Assembly: GCA_938083505.1 (NCBI GenBank)
Contig: CALKCF010000006.1
Location: 1 to 64,000 of the forward strand
Source: an uncultured archaeon
Lineage (GTDB): Archaea; Thermoproteota; Nitrososphaeria_A; Caldarchaeales; Wolframiiraptoraceae
Reading direction: 5' to 3'
Length of the DNA: 64,000 nucleotides
Below are positions 30,236 to 38,999 of the stretch, piece after piece. The position numbers and the translations under genes are program-made. The notes under the pieces were generated by a model. That model was given only the letters and a program-made list of their open reading frames with translations. It did no database searches and was not told the origin of the DNA. Each line of letters starts with the position of its first letter. Positions within the stretch are counted from its first letter, which is position 1.

Positions 30236-30386
30236 AAACCATCGCCACAATTTATGTGTCGTAGAGGGGGGTTGGCCTAGATATAATAATACTAGAGGTA
30301 TATGCAAACGGCAGAATGAAGTTGACCAACCTCTTCGGCCAAGGCCCTTCCCCACACTTAGACGTGCAAAATACTAAAATCTAAAT

Positions 30387-30394
30387 TATATAAA
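30387..30394 (-). promoter_or_regulatory. Putative TATA box of the his operon
   Basis: TTTATATA on the minus strand, placing the transcription start near 30360. Confidence 0.5.
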
Positions 30395-30450
30395 ATTTTG
30401 CTTGGTATAGAGTTTGTTATATTGTGCTAGTAGTTGCTATAAGGTTAACC

Positions 30451-32307
30451 TCATCTAAAGCTCGGCCTCTTGGATAACATTTTAGGCACGTTGAGCTTTT
30501 TATAGACTCTTCCGGAGCTTTTTGAACGTATATCTTTAATCAATTCTTCGATCGTCATCTGTTTTATACTGCCCGATGCTCTATCTCTCACAAAAAAGAC
30601 GTTGGACTCTTTCTCCTTTTTTCCAAAAACTATTATGTAAGGAACCCATTCCGTCTCGGCATCTCGAACTTTCTTATCAACAGTCTCCAACCTATCGTCC
30701 ACGTCAACCCTTATCTGCTCACTCTCTAATCTTTCACTCAGTAACACACAATCTTCCACAAACGCTTCGGATACCGGTATCAGCCTAACTTGCGTTGGTG
30801 ATAACCAAACTGGCAACATAGGCTTACCGCCTTCCTTGTGAACCTTGTAAGCCTTCTCTAACAGGGCATAGATGACCCTCTCTATGGCACCACTGGGTGA
30901 GCAATGTAAAATTATTGGATGTTTTTTATTTCCAAATTGATCAACATATATTATGCCATAACGTTCTGCATTCTCAACATCCATCTGATCCGTAGAGAGA
31001 GCGGATGCCTTTCCTAAGTTGTCAATAAAGTTAAATTCCCATTTTAGAACGAAGTAGAAGAACCTTTCTTCCCACATTTCTACCAACGCTGGTTTTCCAA
31101 ATCTTTTAACCAATTCAGTCACAAATTCCTTGTTAGATTCGTAGAAATCTTTCGTGAACCTAATTGCCATCTCGTAGTCGTCTTTACTCAGACCGATACC
31201 TTCTAGAATGTTCATAGACAATTCAAGCCTACGTAACATCTCTTCTTTAGCTTGTTGCATATCGGCACATAATGCATGGACGTCGGGCATCGTAAACGCC
31301 CTCAATCTCTTTAAACCAACCAATTCGCCGCTCTTCTCCCTTCTAAAGCTGTATCTTGTTAACTCATAGAGCCTAACGGGAAGTTGCTTGTAAGATATCT
31401 GCATGTCGCGTGCCATAAGGAACTGACCAAAGCATGCAGCAAACCTTAAGAAGAATTCCTTCCCATCGGACTTTACTATATATTGTCTGGCAGGAAACCT
31501 ATTCAAGTAACTTTCTAGGCACGGGTGCTTTAAATCGTACATTACGGGTGTCTCAATCTCCATTCCGCCATACTCTATGACTTTTTCAGTCACATATTGT
31601 TCGATGAGGGATTTTATCAGCTTCCCTTTTGCTGGCCATCTCATGTTACCGAGGTCGCTTCCTGGCTCATAATCTGCGATTTCTAATCTCTTCATAAAAT
31701 CTACATGAGGAGGTACTTGTGACACTATTCTTGACTTTGCCATTTCGTATACTGCAAGCGCTTTTAGACCACCATACTCTAAAAACTCAAAGGACTCTAC
31801 CGGAATTAGTTTTCCATCCGGCGTCAGTATGTACCAATGCGACCTCATCATCTCTTCCATAATCAAGGCCTTTGGGACGTATGCGGTGTTAATATTTTCT
31901 GGCATTATTGACAGGAAATGTTCGGCCAAACGGTGTCCCTTAACCGACAACGAAAAGGCTTTGGTCCAACCAAAAGGCGAAGTATAAACTTCTAGTTCTT
32001 CCAATTCACACTTTTTCCTAAACATACGAATAATTTCTAAGGCTTTTTCCGGTGCTGCGAGTTTATTGCTAAGATGAGCATAAGGATATATTAATATGCG
32101 TTTACTGCCAACATTTGATGAATACTCCTTCAGCTCGCTTACAGCCTTATCTACTGCAGCCTCGTCATCTCCTTCCTCTATAGCTGTAAGAACCAAAATT
32201 ACGTCCTCAAACCTCTTGCGACCCATCTCTGCCTCTTCAGATACTCTACTTTCCTTCTCCACTGGCTCGTACTCAATAAAGTCCGTATGTAATATCAGTA
32301 ATTTCAT
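30451..32307 (-). CDS. thrS: Threonine--tRNA ligase with archaeal editing domain
   Basis: YPYAHLS, PFGWTKAF, RFAACFGQF, FRREKSGE, HCSPSGAIER. Confidence 0.95.
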   Translation of the reverse strand: MKLLILHTDFIEYEPVEKESRVSEEAEMGRKRFEDVILVLTAIEEGDDEAAVDKAVSELKEYSSNVGSKRILIYPYAHLSNKLAAPEKALEIIRMFRKKCELEELEVYTSPFGWTKAFSLSVKGHRLAEHFLSIMPENINTAYVPKALIMEEMMRSHWYILTPDGKLIPVESFEFLEYGGLKALAVYEMAKSRIVSQVPPHVDFMKRLEIADYEPGSDLGNMRWPAKGKLIKSLIEQYVTEKVIEYGGMEIETPVMYDLKHPCLESYLNRFPARQYIVKSDGKEFFLRFAACFGQFLMARDMQISYKQLPVRLYELTRYSFRREKSGELVGLKRLRAFTMPDVHALCADMQQAKEEMLRRLELSMNILEGIGLSKDDYEMAIRFTKDFYESNKEFVTELVKRFGKPALVEMWEERFFYFVLKWEFNFIDNLGKASALSTDQMDVENAERYGIIYVDQFGNKKHPIILHCSPSGAIERVIYALLEKAYKVHKEGGKPMLPVWLSPTQVRLIPVSEAFVEDCVLLSERLESEQIRVDVDDRLETVDKKVRDAETEWVPYIIVFGKKEKESNVFFVRDRASGSIKQMTIEELIKDIRSKSSGRVYKKLNVPKMLSKRPSFR

Positions 32308-32418
32308 GGTTTGTTAAAATTAGTAAGTTTATTGCTAAAATATAGATTTTGTTCTGCACTAATCTGACGATTTGTTTAAATAAACCTTTTTTAGAACGTA
32401 ATAGGAGGGTGTTAGACC

Positions 32419-34077
32419 CTAAAGATTCTGATAACGGCTGCTTTACCATATTCCTACGCGCCAAGACACTTTGGTCACCTTAGTGGAGCGTATCTTCCAG
32501 CTGACATATTTGCACGTTTCATGAGGATGCTTGGACACGAAGTACTGTTTGTGTGTGGAACTGATGAAAACGCATCCAGCATTGTACTCGAGGCTACGAA
32601 AAAGGGCATGAGACCGCAACAGTTATGTGATACATTTTACCCAATTCAAAGAGATACCTTCGCTAAGCTTGGAATAAGTTTCGACATCTTCTCCAGAACC
32701 TCTAAAAAAATTCACTACGACACCGTGTATGAGTTTTACACTAGATTGTGGGAAAAAGGTTACATATACAAGAAGAGAATAAAGCAGTGGTATTGCCCAA
32801 AGGATGAGAAAGTATTGCCCGATAGATTCGTGAAAGGTGCATGCCCAGTTTGTGGAGCGCCAGACCAGTATGGTGAGGCTTGTGAAGTATGTGCAAGTTG
32901 GTATGAAGCTATTGAACTGATAGATCCCGTTTGTACTTTGTGCGGCGGTAAGCCAGTAATCATAGAAAAAGATCATTACTTCTTAAAGTTGTCGGCTCTG
33001 ACGCAAGATGTGCTTAATTATGTGAAACCTAAGAAATTCTGGAGAAAATCAACCTACAATAAGACGATATCTTGGTTAGAAAACGAAGGGCTGAGGGACA
33101 AAGACATAACAAGAGATTATGATTGGGGACCTCCTGCACCCTTTCCCGGGGCAGAAGGTCAGGTACTTTATAATTGGGCTGAAAATCTGCTGGGTTACAT
33201 ATCAGCAACTAAAGACTGGTGCATACAGATTGGACAACCTAATGCGTGGAAGAAGTTTTGGCTAGATCCAGAGACAAGGCTATACTGCTTTATAGGAAAG
33301 GATAATCTTTTCTTTCATACCATCTTATTTCCAGCCATACTTATAGCGCATGGTGATTACATTTTGCCCTATAATGTCGTTGTAAACGAATTCGTAAATC
33401 TCGAAGGGCAAAAACTTTCAACAAGCAGGGGTTGGGTCATTTGGCTTCATGAAATGCTTGAAAGCTATGACCCAGACCTGATTAGGTACTACGCCGCTAT
33501 AATAGCCCCTGAAACGAAGGATTCAGATTTTAGGTGGAGAGATTTTCAGGCAAAAATAAACAACGAACTCGTAGCAACTCTTGGTAATTTCATTCATAGA
33601 GTGTTACTATTTATTCATACTAAGTTCGGAGGTACAGTGCCCGAGCCAGGTGAGCTTGAAACGCAAGATAAAGAGCTTTTGAAAAATGTGGAGAGGTTTG
33701 TTGTCATGTTTAAAAACAGATTGGAGAATTGTCGTTTTAAGTCAGGGTTAAAACTCATCTTAGAGCTAGCTCAGTTGGGGAATAGGTACTTAAATGATAT
33801 GAAACCGTGGGCCGTGTTGGAAAACGCACCTAGGGCGATATATACAGCATTGCAAGTAGTTAAAACACTTTGCGTTCTTATGGTGCCCTTTTTACCTTTT
33901 TCAGCTTATAAACTTATGGGCATGTTAAATCTAAACTTAACACCGGAGACTGTAAGGTTAGAAGAATTTAGAATACCTATTAAACCGCAACATAAAATCA
34001 ACAAACCAGAGCCTTTATTCAGAAGAGTAACTGATGAAGAAATATCAAAACATATAGCAAAGCTTAATTTAACGTAA
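32419..34077 (+). CDS. metG: Methionine--tRNA ligase; N-terminus extends upstream of the ORF-track ATG (32521); start codon uncertain
   Basis: In-frame upstream KILITAALPYSYAPRHFGHLSGAYLPADIFARF, zinc knuckles, IGKDN, KLSTS. Confidence 0.9.
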   Translation, partial: LKILITAALPYSYAPRHFGHLSGAYLPADIFARFMRMLGHEVLFVCGTDENASSIVLEATKKGMRPQQLCDTFYPIQRDTFAKLGISFDIFSRTSKKIHYDTVYEFYTRLWEKGYIYKKRIKQWYCPKDEKVLPDRFVKGACPVCGAPDQYGEACEVCASWYEAIELIDPVCTLCGGKPVIIEKDHYFLKLSALTQDVLNYVKPKKFWRKSTYNKTISWLENEGLRDKDITRDYDWGPPAPFPGAEGQVLYNWAENLLGYISATKDWCIQIGQPNAWKKFWLDPETRLYCFIGKDNLFFHTILFPAILIAHGDYILPYNVVVNEFVNLEGQKLSTSRGWVIWLHEMLESYDPDLIRYYAAIIAPETKDSDFRWRDFQAKINNELVATLGNFIHRVLLFIHTKFGGTVPEPGELETQDKELLKNVERFVVMFKNRLENCRFKSGLKLILELAQLGNRYLNDMKPWAVLENAPRAIYTALQVVKTLCVLMVPFLPFSAYKLMGMLNLNLTPETVRLEEFRIPIKPQHKINKPEPLFRRVTDEEISKHIAKLNLT

Positions 34078-34106
34078 AAAATAAATTAAGGACTTTAAAA
34101 TCACAT

Positions 34107-35258
34107 TCAATGTACATGTGTATTTTCTATTGAAAGTCTTCTGATTCCGAGTTCGGCCACTATTCTTTCTAACTCATACTCTAACTCGTTGTCGATGGTA
34201 AATTGAGCCGGGATGGCAGGTTGTGGAATTTTAAATTCCTCATTCGTTTTCGGCAAACTTGTAGTCTCAATTTCAGCACTACTACTGAATGCATCGCTAA
34301 GACCTGTAAGTATAAGCGAAACTTGCATTGTTGATGCGTAATAATTATCAATCCTTGCACCCCATATTACAAGAGTATCCATACCCATCAGCTCCGATAT
34401 TATTTCCGCCGGTCTTGCTGCCTCGCTCAGCTTCATATCCTCACCACCTGTGACATGCACTATTGCACCCGATAACTTCTCGTAAGTTACGTCGAGCAAT
34501 GGTGATTGCAGAGCGTTAAAAGTGGCCTCTTCAGCCCTGTTTGGTGACGAAGACCTACCTATGCCTAAAGATGCTAGGCTACCCTTCTCAACGAGGGTTT
34601 TGAAATCTGCGTAGTCTATGTTTATCAAACTTGGCTTCACTATTGATTCTGTTATACTAAGCATCATATTATTTATTACATCATCAACTAACGAGAATGC
34701 TGTCCTTAACTCATACTGTGGATAGAAATCTATTAACTTGTTGTTATCTATTAATACCACAGTATTGCATACTTCTTTTAACCTTTGCAATCCCTGTAGC
34801 GCTATTTTCTTTCGAACATTACCTTCGAACCTAAAGGGTAAAGTTGCTACGCTGATGACTATAGCTCCCAACTCTTTTGCTATCGATGCAACTACAGGCG
34901 CGCCTCCAGTGCCGGTACCGCCACCCAAGCCTGCCATCACAAAGACTATATCTGCATCGCTGAGCAAATTTCTAAATTCGTCCTCACATTCCTCGGTTGC
35001 CATCCTACCCTTTTCCGGGTTTCCGCCAGAGCCCCTAAACCTCGTTGTGTTTTTCCCAAGTACAATCTTGTGGTGAGCTCTAACCATTTCTAGATGTTGC
35101 ACATCTGTGTTTGCTGCAATTGTTATAACACCATTTAATCCTTGTGAAGCCAGCCGGCTGATAGTGTTACAGCCAGCCCCACCTATGCCGACCAGCTTTA
35201 TACGAATGCCGTCAATTTTTTCAACATCACTAGGACTAGCTAGCATAATCTCACTCAC
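34107..35258 (-). CDS. ftsZ: Cell division GTPase FtsZ
   Basis: GIGGAGCN, NTD, GLGGGTGTG, PFRFEG, T7 loop INIDYAD. Confidence 0.95.
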   Translation of the reverse strand: MSEIMLASPSDVEKIDGIRIKLVGIGGAGCNTISRLASQGLNGVITIAANTDVQHLEMVRAHHKIVLGKNTTRFRGSGGNPEKGRMATEECEDEFRNLLSDADIVFVMAGLGGGTGTGGAPVVASIAKELGAIVISVATLPFRFEGNVRKKIALQGLQRLKEVCNTVVLIDNNKLIDFYPQYELRTAFSLVDDVINNMMLSITESIVKPSLINIDYADFKTLVEKGSLASLGIGRSSSPNRAEEATFNALQSPLLDVTYEKLSGAIVHVTGGEDMKLSEAARPAEIISELMGMDTLVIWGARIDNYYASTMQVSLILTGLSDAFSSSAEIETTSLPKTNEEFKIPQPAIPAQFTIDNELEYELERIVAELGIRRLSIENTHVH

Positions 35259-35403
35259 TTGCCGGCATCTCCTCCATTATGAAATCTCTAACGGCCGTTC
35301 TTATTGCCTCGGCCCTGTTTGGGTAAAGCTTTCGTCTTACGAGCTCGTCTATTACTTCAAGGTAAACCTCTGGAAGGTGAACAGTTACAACCTTCACCAT
35401 CAT
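35251..35403 (-). CDS. cdrS: Ribbon-helix-helix regulator, CdrS/CopG-like (50 aa; not in the ORF track)
   Basis: Manual translation MMVKVVTVHLPEVYLEVIDELVRRKLYPNRAEAIRTAVRDFIMEEMPASE; stop overlaps the ftsZ start. Confidence 0.85.
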   Translation of the reverse strand: MMVKVVTVHLPEVYLEVIDELVRRKLYPNRAEAIRTAVRDFIMEEMPASE

Positions 35404-35587
35404 CCACCTCTTTTACTTGGAGCAAGCTAAAAGTGAAGGTATCAGAAATCTATTGTTAATACGTCGGTATATTTGCACGAGCTACGCATGAGCGATTTCT
35501 GCTAAATAAAATATCATAAATTGACAATTTCCATCGGAAAAATGTGTCAAACTTTTCAAAAATAAAGATTTTTTAGTCCAAAAATAT

Positions 35588-35992
35588 ATGGAAGTTGGGA
35601 TGCGACAAAGGCAAGAATTGACTGAAAAACTGCTTAAGATTATGAATGACTTGAAGTCTGAAAGCGAGTTAGGTGCAGTCATATTGGTCGAAGGAAAGCA
35701 TGATGAGGAATGTCTTAAACGACTGGGCATAAAGGGTACGATACTCAGGTATACTTCTATAAGAACCTTGCTAAATTGGGCTGAAAATAACAGCGCGACT
35801 AGATTAATAGTGTTAACAGATTTAGATATCGAGGGGAAAAGTATCGCTAGAAAGATTGTCGCAAATTTATCAGGACGTATGAAAGAAATCGACATTTCAT
35901 ATATGAGAAAGTTGTCAATATTGAGAAAGATAGGTATAAGTGAAATAAAAGATATAATCAACCTTATACCAGAAAGTGGACCGGTCTATTAA
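35588..35992 (+). CDS. Small TOPRIM-domain protein
   Basis: ILVEGKHD and LTDLDIEG (E...DxD). Confidence 0.85.
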   Translation: MEVGMRQRQELTEKLLKIMNDLKSESELGAVILVEGKHDEECLKRLGIKGTILRYTSIRTLLNWAENNSATRLIVLTDLDIEGKSIARKIVANLSGRMKEIDISYMRKLSILRKIGISEIKDIINLIPESGPVY

Positions 35993-37290
35993 ACTGATGC
36001 TTGTCCTAAAAACTCCTCCGTAACAGAAAGCAAGCATTCTATATCTTCTTCGGAGTGGGCTGCTGAGGGGGCAAACACTTGCTTGCTGGGTTTCATGCAA
36101 AGAATGTTGTTGTTAAGTAGAAAGTAAAAGTAATCTTTTGCGAGTTTGGTATCACCTATTGCGCTTATGACGTCTTTTGGTTTCTCTTTTGTGAAATGTA
36201 CTGCAAATAGGGACCCCACGCCGGTAACATGAGCAACCACTTTATTTCTGCTGAATATATCTTCTAGTCCTTTCCTAGCTTTCTCACCAAGTGCGTTTAT
36301 CTTTAGATACACTTCGCCTTTTATCAACTCGCTCAACAACGTGTAACCTGCCCTAGCTGTAAGCGGGTTCCCAGCATAGGTTCCGCCGTGGAACGACATC
36401 TCATAATGCTTCCTTTTAGTCTGATCTAATAGCTCCATGACGTCCTCTCTGCCACCAAAACCTCCAGCAGGAAATATGCCTCCACCGAGAATCTTCCCAA
36501 AGACTGTAATGTCTGGTAATACGCCGTAGTACTCCTGTGCACCACCCTTAGCCAACCTAAAGCCCGTTACCACTTCGTCGAATATTAAGAGGGCATTAAC
36601 TTCATCACAAAGTTCTCTGAGACCTTTCAAGAACTCTCTATCAGCAGGTATCATACCGTTAGAGCCCATAACGGGTTCTAGGATTATGCATGCAAGCTTT
36701 TCACCTTTTATCCTCTGCCTCACACCTTCGAGGTCGTTGAATGGCAAGAGTATTGTATCGTTCATAACACAATCTGTCAAACCTAATGACGGTGGTTTAT
36801 TTAACGGAGGATTAACAGCTTTGTGTAACGCATCATAACCACCATGCCAATGCCCCTCAAACTTTGCTATCTTGTTTTTCTTTGTGTATGCCCTAGCAAG
36901 TCTGATGCCATACATGTTAGCTTCAGTACCACTGTTTGTAGCTCTGAATAACTTTACGCTCGGAACCATCCTTGTTACAATTTCTGCCAACCTTATTTCC
37001 CACTCATGACAAAAACCGAGATGAGCGCCCAGTTCAAGCTGCTCTTTTGCGGCCCTGATGACCGGTTCATATGCGTGTCCCATTATGATCGCAGTGTGCC
37101 CCATCCAGAAGTCTAAATATTCATTCTCGTCAACATCCCATATCCTACTACCCTTAGCCTTGAAGACATAGATCGGATATGGTTCCCAGTACTTTATAGC
37201 ATAAGTAACGCCTCCAGGTAGGAACTTTTTCGCTTCCTCATAGAGGGTCCATGAGTTTTGCGTTCTGAGCTTGTAAAGCTCCTGAATCAC
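35989..37290 (-). CDS. hemL: Class III aminotransferase, glutamate-1-semialdehyde aminomutase-like
   Basis: NSGTEA, KFEGHWHG, FDEVVTGFR, GKILGGG, GTYAGNP. Confidence 0.8.
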   Translation of the reverse strand: MIQELYKLRTQNSWTLYEEAKKFLPGGVTYAIKYWEPYPIYVFKAKGSRIWDVDENEYLDFWMGHTAIIMGHAYEPVIRAAKEQLELGAHLGFCHEWEIRLAEIVTRMVPSVKLFRATNSGTEANMYGIRLARAYTKKNKIAKFEGHWHGGYDALHKAVNPPLNKPPSLGLTDCVMNDTILLPFNDLEGVRQRIKGEKLACIILEPVMGSNGMIPADREFLKGLRELCDEVNALLIFDEVVTGFRLAKGGAQEYYGVLPDITVFGKILGGGIFPAGGFGGREDVMELLDQTKRKHYEMSFHGGTYAGNPLTARAGYTLLSELIKGEVYLKINALGEKARKGLEDIFSRNKVVAHVTGVGSLFAVHFTKEKPKDVISAIGDTKLAKDYFYFLLNNNILCMKPSKQVFAPSAAHSEEDIECLLSVTEEFLGQASV

Positions 37291-37308
37291 ATCAAAAACA
37301 CTTCCAAC

Positions 37309-38253
37309 CTATTCTGAAGACCTAAGGGCTAAAAGTTTAACCTTTGTCCTAATCAAACTCATACCTCTGACTAGGCTTACTTCTACCTCAGCTCCAACTT
37401 TTTTCGACTCGATAGTCTTCTTTAGCATCTCGATAGAGTTTACGTTTTCACCATCTATCGCAACTATTATATCACCTTCCTTTATGCCGGCTAAATGAGC
37501 TGGACTATTCGGTGCGACCCTGTAGACTAAAACACCCTCCTCGACTGGAAAGTTATAGTATGCTGATATCGCGGGGTTAAGGGACACTCCTATTATACCA
37601 AGCCACGGTCTTCTAACGTAGCCTATTACCATAATTTCTTCTGCAACCCTCTTTGCAGTGTTTATCGGTATTGCAAAACCTATACCTTGGGCAAATGGTA
37701 TTATTGCCGTTGTAATTGCTATAACTTCACCTGCTAAGTTTATTAGAGGTCCGCCACTATTACCTGGATTTATAGCAGCATCAGTTTGGACGAGCCCCTC
37801 CATCAGGCCGAAGCGCGTCCGTATATTTCTATTTAGTGCACTGATTACACCTAATGTTACTGTAGGACCACCTGTCAAACCAAATGGATTCCCTATGGCT
37901 ATCACAAATTGTCCAACTTTAAGCTTTGAAGAATCGCCTAACTTAGCTGCTTGTAATCCTCTTTTATCAACCTTTATGACGGCGATGTCTGTCGCGATGT
38001 CTTTGCCGATAACTTCACCGCTCAGAACCTCCCCGTTATATAACGTAACGTTTATTCTTTGAGCTGCTTCGACTACGTGAGCATTAGTTATAATATACCC
38101 ATTTTGATCAAACACTATTCCTGAGCCTACACCGCTTACTGGTTCGATTTCAAAAGGAGAGAGTTGAAGAAGGTGTATTGTGCTAACGTTTACTACGGAG
38201 ACCACAACTTTTTCTATGGCGGAGGTTATTGTATCTTCATCTATTAAGACCAT
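37309..38253 (-). CDS. htrA: HtrA/DegP-like serine protease with a PDZ domain; start set at ATG 38253
   Basis: TNAHVV, DIAV, TDAAINPGNSGGPL, C-terminal PDZ. Confidence 0.92.
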   Translation of the reverse strand: MVLIDEDTITSAIEKVVVSVVNVSTIHLLQLSPFEIEPVSGVGSGIVFDQNGYIITNAHVVEAAQRINVTLYNGEVLSGEVIGKDIATDIAVIKVDKRGLQAAKLGDSSKLKVGQFVIAIGNPFGLTGGPTVTLGVISALNRNIRTRFGLMEGLVQTDAAINPGNSGGPLINLAGEVIAITTAIIPFAQGIGFAIPINTAKRVAEEIMVIGYVRRPWLGIIGVSLNPAISAYYNFPVEEGVLVYRVAPNSPAHLAGIKEGDIIVAIDGENVNSIEMLKKTIESKKVGAEVEVSLVRGMSLIRTKVKLLALRSSE

Positions 38254-38318
38254 AATCCATATTTTTGTAGAATAGTATACCTTTATATTGTTATCGCTGA
38301 TGGTCCTTGGTATAGAAC

Positions 38319-38999
38319 ATGATTGCAAATAATTCTGCCATCAGGTTTGAGAATGTCTGGAAGATTTACCGTATGGGTAATGTCGAGTTTCCAGCGTTGC
38401 GAGGCATAACGTTGTCTATTGAAAAGGGCGAGTTCGTCTCGGTTGTCGGACCAAGCGGTAGCGGAAAATCTACTTTGCTTCATATAGCTGGTGCGTTAGA
38501 TAGGCCGACAAAAGGTAAGGTATTCATAGACGGTGTAGACGTTTCTACATTAAACGATACTGAGCTAAGTGAGCTAAGAAACAGAACGATTGGGTTTGTA
38601 TTCCAAGCATACAACTTGATTCCCAGATTGACCGCTAAACAAAACGTAGAACTTCCATTGATGCTAAGAGGTGTTCCTTCAAATGAAAGAGAGATGTTAG
38701 CGATTAGAGCACTCGATTTGGTTGGGCTAGCATCAAAACTTAACAATAAGCCCACAGAGCTGAGCGGTGGCGAACAGCAACGTGTAGCAATAGCCAGAGC
38801 TATAGTGACTGACCCGAAGATCCTGCTATGTGATGAGCCTACTGGTAATCTTGACTCGAAGTCTGCAGAAGGTGTAGTAAATGTTATAAAAAACATAAAT
38901 AGAAGATACCGGTCTACGGTTGTTGTGGTAACGCATAACGTGGAGATAGCGGAGGCAGCTGAACGGATAATCAGATTAAAGGATGGTAGAATTTTATGA
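38319..38999 (+). CDS. ABC transporter ATP-binding protein (LolD/MacB type)
   Basis: GPSGSGKST, LSGGEQQR, DEPTGNLD. Confidence 0.95.
   Translation: MIANNSAIRFENVWKIYRMGNVEFPALRGITLSIEKGEFVSVVGPSGSGKSTLLHIAGALDRPTKGKVFIDGVDVSTLNDTELSELRNRTIGFVFQAYNLIPRLTAKQNVELPLMLRGVPSNEREMLAIRALDLVGLASKLNNKPTELSGGEQQRVAIARAIVTDPKILLCDEPTGNLDSKSAEGVVNVIKNINRRYRSTVVVVTHNVEIAEAAERIIRLKDGRIL

Noticed and set aside
30236-30355. 40-aa N-terminal extension of HisG, or a His-rich leader peptide
   Set aside because: The sequence is not HisG-like and has only two scattered His codons; better treated as a UTR.
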